Assembly: GCA_963792965.1 (NCBI GenBank)
Contig: CAWBYW010000007.1
Coordinates: forward strand, 288,001-352,000
DNA length: 64,000 nt
Source of the DNA: an uncultured delta proteobacterium
GTDB taxonomy: Bacteria; Desulfobacterota; Zymogenia; Zymogenales; Zymogenaceae
Reading direction: 5' to 3'
The position numbers were made by a program, and so were the translations under genes. Each line of letters opens with the position of its first letter. The stretch's first letter is position 1. A model generated the notes under the pieces. That model searched no databases. It was not told the origin of the DNA and saw only the letters and a list, made by a program, of their open reading frames with translations. Of the stretch, positions 27,679 through 36,167 are shown one piece after another.

Positions 27679-29166
27679 ATGACCAGGAACTTCAAAATCG
27701 ATCTCAACCCGATCTTCTACCCGGAAAGCGTAGCGATTATCGGCGCCAGCAACAATTTTTCCAAGTGGGGCTCATACGTGATGTCTCATATGTTGTCGGG
27801 AGGATTCTTGGGTAAGGTCTTCCCCATCAACCCTAAAGAAAAAGAGATCTACGGCAGAAAGGTCTATACCAAGATCGCCGCAGTGCCCGACAGGGTGGAT
27901 CTTGCCGTCGTCACGACTCCCGCAAACACCGTCACCGACGTGGTGAGGCAGTGCGTAGAAAAAAAAGTCAGGGGACTGGTGGTCATCACGTCCGGTTTCT
28001 CCGAGACCGGCCCTGACGGAAAGCAGCTTGAGCAGGATTTGGTAAAACTCGCCGAGTCCGCCCAGATTCCTATGGTCGGCCCTAACACGATGGGGCTCAT
28101 GTGTACGCAAAAAAAGCTCTTCGCCCTCGGTGCTCCGCTCTACCCGAAGCGAGGCGACATCTCATTCATCTCCCAGAGCGGTAACCTCGGCAACCAGATG
28201 CTCGAGTGGGCCGAGGAACACAGCATCGGGATGAGCAAATTCGTCGGGTCGGGAAACGAGGCCGTCATCAGAAAGGATCACTACCTCGAGTACCTCGCAA
28301 ACGATCCGGATACAAGGGTCATCCTGGTCTACCTTGAGGGAATCGCGGAAGGGCACCGTTTTCTCGAAGTCGCCGAAAGGACCACGACGAAGAAACCGAT
28401 CATCGCCCTCAAAGGCGGCCGGACCGAGGCCGGCGGCGAGGCGGCCCGCTCACATACCGGCTCGATGGCCGGCAACAGCGTGATATTTACCTCGGCCTTC
28501 AAGCAGATGGGGATCATCGAGGCCAAGAACCCCACCGACATGCTCGACTACTCGATGGCTATGGCCAACCTCCCTCTCCCCAAGGGAGACCGCGTCGGCA
28601 TCATCACCTTCGGCGGAGGCTGGGGGGTCGTTACAAGCGACGCGATCGTGGAGCAGGGCATGCGCGTCGCAAAACTCGGCCCCGACGTCATCGAAAAACT
28701 CGATAAGGTGTTGCCGCCATTCTGGAGCAGAAGAAACCCGGTGGACCTGGTTGGACAGATCAACCCCGAGGCCTTCATCGAATCGGTCAAGCTCGTCACC
28801 GCTTCCCCGGACGTGGACGCCGTCATCTGTCTGGGGATCGTCGGTGTTTCCACCCTGGGGCTTCGATCGTTCACCGCCTCGGCCTCCGCCGCCGATCTTG
28901 ACAACATTGAATATGCCGTCAGAAAAGCGCGCGATAAGCTCTTTGTTATCGAGCGGGGGTTCCTCAATGAGGTCAACGATATCATGAATGAAACTCATAA
29001 GCCCGTCATCAACGTATCGCTCTACGCGGGCGGCGCCCGGGAGCGTTTCCAGTCACGGACCGGCTATTCGGAAGTGGTCTATACCACCCCCGAAAAAGCG
29101 GTCGAGTCGCTTGTGTCGATGTACCACTATTATCTGCATCTGAAGGGTCACGGCCTGGCTGAATAG
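27679..29166 (+). CDS. Acetate/acyl-CoA ligase (ADP-forming), alpha-type CoA-binding subunit
   Basis: SVAIIGAS, SGFSE, GPNTMG, SQSG, AARSHTGS (phospho-His), NPVDL; SD AAGGAG before ATG 27679. Confidence 0.88.
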   Translation: MTRNFKIDLNPIFYPESVAIIGASNNFSKWGSYVMSHMLSGGFLGKVFPINPKEKEIYGRKVYTKIAAVPDRVDLAVVTTPANTVTDVVRQCVEKKVRGLVVITSGFSETGPDGKQLEQDLVKLAESAQIPMVGPNTMGLMCTQKKLFALGAPLYPKRGDISFISQSGNLGNQMLEWAEEHSIGMSKFVGSGNEAVIRKDHYLEYLANDPDTRVILVYLEGIAEGHRFLEVAERTTTKKPIIALKGGRTEAGGEAARSHTGSMAGNSVIFTSAFKQMGIIEAKNPTDMLDYSMAMANLPLPKGDRVGIITFGGGWGVVTSDAIVEQGMRVAKLGPDVIEKLDKVLPPFWSRRNPVDLVGQINPEAFIESVKLVTASPDVDAVICLGIVGVSTLGLRSFTASASAADLDNIEYAVRKARDKLFVIERGFLNEVNDIMNETHKPVINVSLYAGGARERFQSRTGYSEVVYTTPEKAVESLVSMYHYYLHLKGHGLAE

Positions 29167-29340
29167 CCGACAGGTGAGATGCCACCAAGATGAATCATTG
29201 CATATATGCGCGTCTGCTACAATACCCGGACGCCTATTTGTATGAAGCATCGATCTGTTGACACGTACGACCCGTTTCGCCGATCCTCTAAAAAGGGCAG
29301 GTTTCGGCACGGTCGTTGGGCATTATCGGCAGCAACGAAA

Positions 29341-29365
29341 AAAGGAAGGGACCGTCCCTTCCTTT
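29341..29365. terminator. Bidirectional intrinsic terminator between the convergent ligase and tRNA-Ala genes
   Basis: AAAGGAAGGGA-CCG-TCCCTTCCTTT. Confidence 0.75.
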
Positions 29366-29378
29366 CTTTGTTGTATAC

Positions 29379-29454
29379 TGGTGGAGATGATGGGACTCGA
29401 ACCCACGACCTCAGCGTTGCGAACGCCGCGCTCTCCCAGCTGAGCTACATCCCC
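29379..29454 (-). tRNA. tRNA-Ala(CGC)
   Basis: GGGGATGTAGCTCAGCTGGGAGAGCGCGGCGTT-CGC-AACGCTGAGGTCGTGGGTTCGAGTCCCATCATCTCCACCA; G3:U70 pair; encoded CCA. Confidence 0.96.
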
Positions 29455-29520
29455 ACCGCGCTTTCTTGTAACATCAATGGTGCGTCTTGTCAACACTTTG
29501 TTTTATGGGCCCCGGGTCGG

Positions 29521-30090
29521 CTACCTGATCTTCTCCAAATCACCCAGCAGGGCCCCCGTCTCAAACCAGAGGCGAGACATCCCGATCGTGAGGCCTAAGA
29601 ACCTCGTCTGAATCAACTCGAAGATGATCCCTCCAACTTTTGCGGTGTCAAGGTATGCATAGTCGGTTACCGAGCCGCCCGCTTTGCCGGTGCTCTCGAT
29701 AAACCCCGACTGCAGGACGCCGATGCCGAGCTCTCGTGCAGCCGCAAGCCTCGTGTCAATATCCGACACGTAAAAGCCAAGGTGGTGCAGTCCCTCCCCG
29801 TGGCGATCGAGGTGATCGAGATAAAAGCTTCGATCACCTCCCCGCGGATGGATCAACTCATACTGGATATCGCCCGAAAAGGCCATGACGATATCGAGGT
29901 CGATTGTGATCGGCCGGACTCCCTTGTCCCGGTGTTGGACGTTTGAGACGTGGGGACGAAACCACGGTCCGATGCCGAAGGTTCCTGAGAAGTGGGAGAC
30001 GGCACGGTCCATGTCGGCCACCACGATCCCGATCTGACGGACCTTTGGAAGCCTCAGGCGACCGGCAAGCTCTCGATCGGCTCTGTCCAT
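29521..30090 (-). CDS. VOC family protein (methylmalonyl-CoA epimerase/glyoxalase-like)
   Basis: QIGIVV.D, YELI.P, GEGLHHLGF, AYLDT...FELI. Start placed at ATG 30090. Confidence 0.85.
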   Translation of the reverse strand: MDRADRELAGRLRLPKVRQIGIVVADMDRAVSHFSGTFGIGPWFRPHVSNVQHRDKGVRPITIDLDIVMAFSGDIQYELIHPRGGDRSFYLDHLDRHGEGLHHLGFYVSDIDTRLAAARELGIGVLQSGFIESTGKAGGSVTDYAYLDTAKVGGIIFELIQTRFLGLTIGMSRLWFETGALLGDLEKIR

Positions 30091-30121
30091 ACGTCCCTCC
30101 CGGCCGGTTACCCGGCACGGA

Positions 30122-30541
30122 TCAGCCTTCGAAGTTAAAATAGGGCCGGGCCCCGTCTCCCGCCGAGTATTTATCGCCCGGGAAGACTTTCGACCCGAGC
30201 TTCCCCATGGCAACCCGCCTGCCGATGATATCCATCGTTACAAGCGCGGGATCGACGGTCATCAGATTTCCCATGATCCATGGGCCCTCTTCGAGCTCCA
30301 CGAGCACGATCGTGTAGGGGGCCTCGCACTCCCGGCCCTGGGCCGCCACAAAGTTGGTGGTGAAGGTCTTGATCGTCCCTTTCCCCGAAAGCTCGGTGAT
30401 CTCAAAGTCAGTGCCGGTACACTTCGGGCAGACCATCCTCGGGGGCGCCGTTATCGTCGCGCATTTCTTGCACTTCAGCCCCATGAGCTTGTTTTTCTTG
30501 AGGGCCTTGTTGTAGGTATCGAATGTCAGCTGATATTCCAT
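30122..30541 (-). CDS. DUF35 Zn-ribbon/OB-fold protein (thiolase partner)
   Basis: CKKC..PPR..CPKC, G.G.I.TFT, PY...VELEEG. Confidence 0.92.
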   Translation of the reverse strand: MEYQLTFDTYNKALKKNKLMGLKCKKCATITAPPRMVCPKCTGTDFEITELSGKGTIKTFTTNFVAAQGRECEAPYTIVLVELEEGPWIMGNLMTVDPALVTMDIIGRRVAMGKLGSKVFPGDKYSAGDGARPYFNFEG

Positions 30542-30542
30542 C

Positions 30543-31721
30543 TTACCACCCCCTCTTCAAGATGATGTTGACGAGTGTCCCGCCGTCCCCGCCAAGGGTA
30601 TCGGTCATGCCGATCTTTGCGTCGGGAACCTGACGCTCAGGCTCCACCTCTTCCCGGAGCTGTCTGAAGACCTCCCACACCTGGGCGGCCCCGGTCGCCC
30701 CGATCGGGTGTCCCCTCGCCTTCAGGCCGCCGGACGGGTTTATCGCTACCTTCCCACCGATGTCCGCCTGGCCTTTCATCCACGCCTCGCCCGATTTTCC
30801 GTACTCAAAGAAGCCGAGGCTCTCCGCGGAGATCAGGCTCGCGATGGAGAAGCAGTCGTGGAGCTCGCAGAGGTCCACGTCCTTCGGGCCGACATGCGCC
30901 ATGTCGTAGGCTTGTTTTACCGAAAGCTCGCGCGATCGAATCCGGGGAAGATAATCACCCTGGCTGTGAAGGGGGCCCGCCGACGCCTGGCCGACGCCGA
31001 TGATCTGAACGGGCCTATCCGTCATCTTTTTTACGACGTCCTCCGACACCAGGACGAGCGCGGCGGCGCCGTCGGAGAACGGGCAGCAGTCGTGAAGCGT
31101 CAGAGGTGTGGAGACCATAAATGCATTGAGGATCTGCTCCACCGTGACCTCTTTCTTCATCTGGGCGTACTGGTTATGGACCCCGTGTCTGTAGGACTGG
31201 ACGGAGACGGTCGCCAGTTCCTCCCTGACCTTCGGCAGTGCCTTATTGTAAGTCTTGGCATAGAGGTGGGCGAGCATCGCGAAGACCGCGGGGAAGGTCA
31301 ACCCGCTCGGGAACTCATAGCGGCCGTCGGAGGCCATCGCGAAGGTTCTGGTTGCCAGCGGCGTTCCGAGCGAAGCCGCCCGCTCAACTCCCCCGACCAG
31401 AACGATATCATAGAACCCCGAAGCAACCCACATAAAGGCGTCACGGACGGCCACCGACGCCGACGCACAGGCACCCTCATACCTGATGGCCGGCACACCG
31501 GCGCAGCCGATATTCTCCGCGATAAACGCCTGCACCATCGCCTGCCCCTCGGAGAAATCGCCAAGGACATTACCGATGAAGAGGGCCTGGATATCCTTGG
31601 GTTTGACATGGGCCGCTTCCATCGCCTCCATTGCCGCCGTCGAAAAGAGCTCAACCTGGGTTCTTTCCTGCGCGCCGGTGAAGTTCGTCTGAGAACCGCC
31701 AACCACGAAAACCTTTTTCAC
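30543..31721 (-). CDS. Thiolase (SCP2/archaeal type)
   Basis: EGACASAS, SDGAAA, ELHDCF, NPSGGLKARGHPIGATG. Confidence 0.92.
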   Translation of the reverse strand: MKKVFVVGGSQTNFTGAQERTQVELFSTAAMEAMEAAHVKPKDIQALFIGNVLGDFSEGQAMVQAFIAENIGCAGVPAIRYEGACASASVAVRDAFMWVASGFYDIVLVGGVERAASLGTPLATRTFAMASDGRYEFPSGLTFPAVFAMLAHLYAKTYNKALPKVREELATVSVQSYRHGVHNQYAQMKKEVTVEQILNAFMVSTPLTLHDCCPFSDGAAALVLVSEDVVKKMTDRPVQIIGVGQASAGPLHSQGDYLPRIRSRELSVKQAYDMAHVGPKDVDLCELHDCFSIASLISAESLGFFEYGKSGEAWMKGQADIGGKVAINPSGGLKARGHPIGATGAAQVWEVFRQLREEVEPERQVPDAKIGMTDTLGGDGGTLVNIILKRGW

Positions 31722-31936
31722 GTCTGTCTCTCCTTTCTTTCGTATCGAACTGAGTGATTACCAACAATAAACAGTATAAGATACAGCAAGATACCCGTTT
31801 TGTACAGAAATTCGTGAATATACGCAACAAAAAAAGAACGCCGTTAGACGGATAACTTCCTCGCGTGGTTACCCGCCCGACAATGAGATGAGCTTAACAT
31901 CTGAACGTAGAACTATTTAAATTTTTTTAAAATATC

Positions 31937-31983
31937 TTGACAGGATATAAAGAAAGATGATATATATAATTTAGAATATTCTA
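31937..31983 (+). promoter_or_regulatory. padR promoter with a palindromic candidate operator
   Basis: TTGACA at 31937, AT-rich -10 region, perfect palindrome TAGAATATTCTA at 31972-31983. Confidence 0.55.
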
Positions 31984-32007
31984 TAGTTCTTTTGAGGGTG
32001 TATCATT

Positions 32008-32529
32008 ATGCTCAAGCTCATTCTTATGGGCCTCCTCATGAAAGGGGATAATCACGGGTATAATCTTCGCAAGATGATCGAAAAGGACCTCTCCAACCTC
32101 ATCAGTGTCGATAATACGTCTATTTACTATACCCTCAATAAGATGGAAAAGGAAGGCCTCGTGACCTTCAAAATCATCTCCGATACGAAAAGGCCCCAAA
32201 AAAACCTCTATTCTCTGACCGATAAGGGAAAAAGGGAATTCAGGGAGCTGCTATTGGCCAACATGAACAACAACAAGCGCCCTCTCCTCAACATCGACAT
32301 CTCCCTCTACTTTATCGACATGCTTCAGAAGGACGAGGCCGTTGATCGACTCGATAACCGTTCCCGCGAATTGAGGAAATTGATCTTCTTCCTGAAATCC
32401 CAGGAGCGACAGGCCACGGGCAGAGAGCCGAAGGGGAAGGAATCCATCATCATATCCCACAATATCAAGCTCGCCGAGACGGAGCTCCAGTTCCTGAAGG
32501 ACGTGGCCGAGACACTGAAAAGCGCCTAA
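32008..32529 (+). CDS. PadR family transcriptional regulator
   Basis: LGLL...HGY.L, SIYYTLNKMEKEGLV, YSLTDKG. Confidence 0.92.
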   Translation: MLKLILMGLLMKGDNHGYNLRKMIEKDLSNLISVDNTSIYYTLNKMEKEGLVTFKIISDTKRPQKNLYSLTDKGKREFRELLLANMNNNKRPLLNIDISLYFIDMLQKDEAVDRLDNRSRELRKLIFFLKSQERQATGREPKGKESIIISHNIKLAETELQFLKDVAETLKSA

Positions 32530-32878
32530 GAAACCGGTCGCCACGCATATTTCTCCGTACCATCGACAAAACGGAATATACTCAGGAGCGTCATGCGGCC
32601 CGCAATCCCGTTGCGGAGACGCCGCCAACAGCCACGGCGACCGTCGCGTCGCTCAGCCGATAAGGACGTATCCGATCGCCGGCACGTCTCATCTCCCTTT
32701 CAACGTCCCTTTGTCATCTCCCCTGCCCTCGGCTACGCGCCCGGCGCTGCTTGGATCCTCGCAAAATAGATGAATAGTGACGCGTTTATCCCCTTGTGGT
32801 GAATTTTTTTGTTGAATTTTTTTTCAAAATAAGTTAAATAGTTAACTTTGAATAGATACCTCGAGAGGAGGAAGAAAT

Positions 32879-34401
32879 ATGAACATCCGAGAAGCAGCTG
32901 AAAAAGACCGCGTCTAAACTACCGACGAAAAACGCGATCATCTACGGCCAAAGGAAAATATCGTTCACCGATCTTAAGAAGTCCGCCTTCAGGATCGCCT
33001 CCGCCCTGAATAAATCGGGAATCAAAAAGGGAGATAAGATCCTGACCTATCTCCCCAATATCCCCGAGTTCGTGGAGATATACCTCGGCGCGCTCTCGAG
33101 TGGGGTCATCGTGGTCCCGATCGATTTCCGTATTATCGGCGACGAGCTCAAACACATCATCACCGACTCCGACGCATCGGCCGTCTTCACCACCGTCGAT
33201 ATGGCCAAGCCGATCAAGGCAATCGGTGAGCTTCCCTCGAAAGTTAAGAAGCTTATCATCATCGGCCAGGGAGACAAAACGCCGGACACGGACTATCTCG
33301 ATTTTGCCGCCGGCGCTGACCCCGTCGAGCCCGATGCCAAGCTCTCCGATGACGACGAAGCCCTTTTCCTTTACACCTCCGGCAGCACCGGGAGTCCCAA
33401 GGGAGTCATCCTCCAGTATAAGCACCTGGATCTTTTCCCCGAATCGCTTCATGCAATCATCCCGGAATATTGCACGGTCGATACCGTTATGGCGTGCATC
33501 CTGCCGATGAGCCACATCACGGGGCCGATCCTCGTCAATACCCAGCTCAAGTATGGAAACGCCCTCGTCATCTTTGAGAGCTGGCGCCCCGACACCGTCT
33601 GGAAGACGGTGGAGCGGGAACGCGTAAACCTGTTCAACAGCGTCCCCCCCATCAGCCAGATGATGCTTGCCGACCGAAAGCTTGAGCAGTACGATCTTTC
33701 ATCCCTCAAATACATCTCCATGATGGGGATGAGTGTGCCCAAAGGCCCTCATGGAGGAATACCGCAGGCGGATCCCCCACCTTAAGGTTATTCAGGGCTA
33801 CGGCCTGACGGAGACCTCTCCGCTCCTCACACTCGTTCCGCTCACCCAAGCAGATGAGAAGCTCGGCTCGGTCGGCAAACCCGTGCCGGGAGTTCAGCTC
33901 AAGATCATCGACGAGAACGGAAAGGAAGTCGGGCCGGAAACCCCGGGCGAGATCATTGCCCGCGGCCCGCAGATCATGAAGGGATACTACAAGCTCCCCG
34001 ATGAGACGAAAAAGGTCATCAAGGACGGCTGGTTTTTCACCGGCGACCTCGGCAGGATCGACGCGGACGGCTTCGTCTTTCACCTCGGAAGATCAAAGGA
34101 GATCATCATAACCGGCGGCATCAATGTCTTCCCCGCCGAGGTGGAAAACGTGCTTGTGGCCCACCAGCTGATCATGGACGCGGCGGTGGTCGGCATCCCC
34201 GATCCGAAGCGCGGCGAGATACTCTCGGCCTTCGTCGTCAAGCGGCCGGGCTCCGATCTCACCGAGCACGACGTGGTGAAATATTGCCGGGAGAAGATGG
34301 CCGATTATAAGGTCCCCAAGGCGGTGAAATTCATTGACGCGCTCCCCATGGTAGGCCCGGGCAAGGTCAACAAGAAGGCCCTCATCGAAAAGGGGGTTTG
34401 A
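32879..34401 (+). CDS. Long-chain acyl-CoA synthetase (AMP-forming), with two frameshifts near 32888 and 33742
   Basis: SD GAGGAGG before ATG 32879; YTSGSTGSPKG, QGYGLTE, TGDLG, GKVNK. Both breaks are restored by removing one base from a short run. Confidence 0.88.
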
Positions 34402-34787
34402 TCCGAGGCAGGTATCACCATACGCGTAGAAGCCAGTCGCGCCGGCATGTTCGTCTGCCGGCGCGATGCGTTCAGACGGACCATTATTACGGCTGCGGCG
34501 TGGTGCCCCCGGAGAGCCGCTCCGTGAGAATGTCACCGGGGGGCCGGTATCGAGAGGGACGACCACGATAGTCTATTTCAGCTCCCGCACAACCCCTCGT
34601 ATCTCTCTTTTTCGTCGCCTTCCCGAGGACGGCTTTTCACCCTGTAGCCACAATCGGATCCTCCGTTGTCACGTTATCCTGTTGTACGTCCCCACGGCTG
34701 CCGCATCCGCAGGAAAGAAATATATATAGCAGAGATTAATTCATTCGAAACTGTCTTTTTCACCCCAAAGGGAGTATTATCGACCAC

Positions 34788-35735
34788 ATGCCAAGATCAC
34801 ATAAACACAAAAGGTTCGAGCGATTTTTCACGGCGATCGTCTCGTGGCCCGCGCGTCCCCTCTTCTACCTCATTATGCGGCTCCCCGGACCGTTCGCCCA
34901 CGTCATCGCCGAATCTCTCGGAAGAGCCTTCTGGCTTTTCGGCGTCCCATGGAGACGGCAAGCCATGAAGAACCTGAGGCTTGTCTATAAAGATACCCTG
35001 CCGAGAAAAGAGCTCCGCGCCATCGCGAGGGCGAGCATGATACACGTCGTCATGATGATGGTTGAGGGCACGGTTATCTTTCGCCCGCCCTACACGGTCG
35101 TCAAGAAGACGCCGATACAGGGAGAAGAGTACCTCAAGGAGGCCGTGAGCAAGGGAAAGCCGATTCTCATCCTTGGAAGCCACGTGGGCAACTTCCTGCT
35201 TCTGATATCGGCGCTTACCTATAAGGGATACCCGGTCCACTATATCTTCAAGCAGCCCGAGGACGAGGGCTTCAAGGAGTTTATCCTCGAGCTTAATCGT
35301 GATATGCATCTCAACCCGATTCCCCTCAAACCGAGAAGCGAGGCTCTGAAGAGATCGCTCGCGACGCTCAGAAATAAAGGGATCCTTTGGATCGCTCTGG
35401 ATCAGAATACGCGCGAGGGGGACGTGGGGGTGGAGTTTTTCGGCGTCAAGGCCGCTACCGCCCGCGGACCGATGGTTCTTGCGCTCAGGACCGGCGCCGT
35501 CGTCGTGCCGATGTATATTAGGCGACAGCGATGGCTTCAGCACACCATTATTATCAAGGAGCCGATCGAGCTTGAATATACCGGCGACAAAGAAGAGGAC
35601 GTCTACCATAACCTGAAGCGCTTCTCCGCCGTCATAGAACAAGAGATCCTCGAAAACCCAAAGGAATGGTGGTGGATCCACAAACGCTGGAAACGGGCCC
35701 ATGTGTACGCCGATATCCCCGAATCCGATGTCTAA
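34788..35735 (+). CDS. Lipid A lauroyl/lysophospholipid acyltransferase (LpxL-like)
   Basis: H.GNF, LDQ, V.FFG..A, P.EWWW.HKRWK. Confidence 0.88.
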   Translation: MPRSHKHKRFERFFTAIVSWPARPLFYLIMRLPGPFAHVIAESLGRAFWLFGVPWRRQAMKNLRLVYKDTLPRKELRAIARASMIHVVMMMVEGTVIFRPPYTVVKKTPIQGEEYLKEAVSKGKPILILGSHVGNFLLLISALTYKGYPVHYIFKQPEDEGFKEFILELNRDMHLNPIPLKPRSEALKRSLATLRNKGILWIALDQNTREGDVGVEFFGVKAATARGPMVLALRTGAVVVPMYIRRQRWLQHTIIIKEPIELEYTGDKEEDVYHNLKRFSAVIEQEILENPKEWWWIHKRWKRAHVYADIPESDV

Positions 35736-35827
35736 AGGCAAGGACGAGACCCCGTCGGGAGCTGAGAGTGTGTGATCAAGAAGAGGGGCGGCCTCACGCC
35801 ATTCTCGCGCGGCCACTCTCTTTTTTA

Positions 35828-35856
35828 TTGACAAACCCAGAAAACGGCCTTAGTAT
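35828..35856 (+). promoter_or_regulatory. sigma70 promoter for tRNA-Glu
   Basis: TTGACA-N17-TAGTAT. Confidence 0.7.
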
Positions 35857-35872
35857 TAAAAATTGTTTTTTC

Positions 35873-35948
35873 GGTCCCATCGTCTAGTGGTCTAGGATAC
35901 TGGCCTCTCACGCCGGAGACACGGGTTCGAAACCCGTTGGGACTGCCA
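35873..35948 (+). tRNA. tRNA-Glu(CTC)
   Basis: GGTCCCATCGTCTAGTGGTCTAGGATACTGGCCT-CTC-ACGCCGGAGACACGGGTTCGAAACCCGTTGGGACTGCCA. Confidence 0.96.
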
Positions 35949-35950
35949 AT

Positions 35951-35977
35951 AAAAAACCGCCCAAGGGCGGTTTTTTT
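35951..35977. terminator. Bidirectional intrinsic terminator after tRNA-Glu
   Basis: AAAAAA-CCGCC-CAAG-GGCGG-TTTTTTT. Confidence 0.88.
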
Positions 35978-36167
35978 CGTGCCTTCTGACCGGGTTTGGC
36001 CTAGCGTGTCCCGGCACGAATCAGCGTCGTCTTTACCTCTCAGCTTTCGCCTCGTGTCGGCGTGCCCGTCTTAGCGTCGTTCCCCACTCGCGAGGTGGCG
36101 CCGAACAAGCCGTTACGTCGTCTTCTTTACGGACGCGGCCCACAAACGCTTCCTTTCCGGTGGCCTG

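Noticed and set aside
34402-34787. Long GC-rich intergenic gap (also 32530-32800 and 57610-57790)
   Set aside because: No credible ORF, RNA motif or terminal inverted repeats could be supported by eye.
34797-35834. Long antisense ORFs (this one, and 30708..31757, 42763..43743, 57903..58964, 61798..62685)
   Set aside because: They are shadows of well-supported genes on the opposite strand, typical of GC-rich codon usage, and have no recognisable motifs.
29379-35948. Possible genomic island bounded by tRNA-Ala and tRNA-Glu
   Set aside because: I saw no integrase and no duplicated tRNA 3' end, and both tRNA 3' ends point away from the segment.
36000-36160. Recurring (G/A)CGTCGT(C/T) words about 40-50 nt apart downstream of tRNA-Glu; similar words near 14730, 57650 and 60140-60210
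   Set aside because: The shared core is only 6-8 nt with irregular spacing and no cas genes; this is compatible with chance in GC-rich DNA, so not called a CRISPR or REP array.
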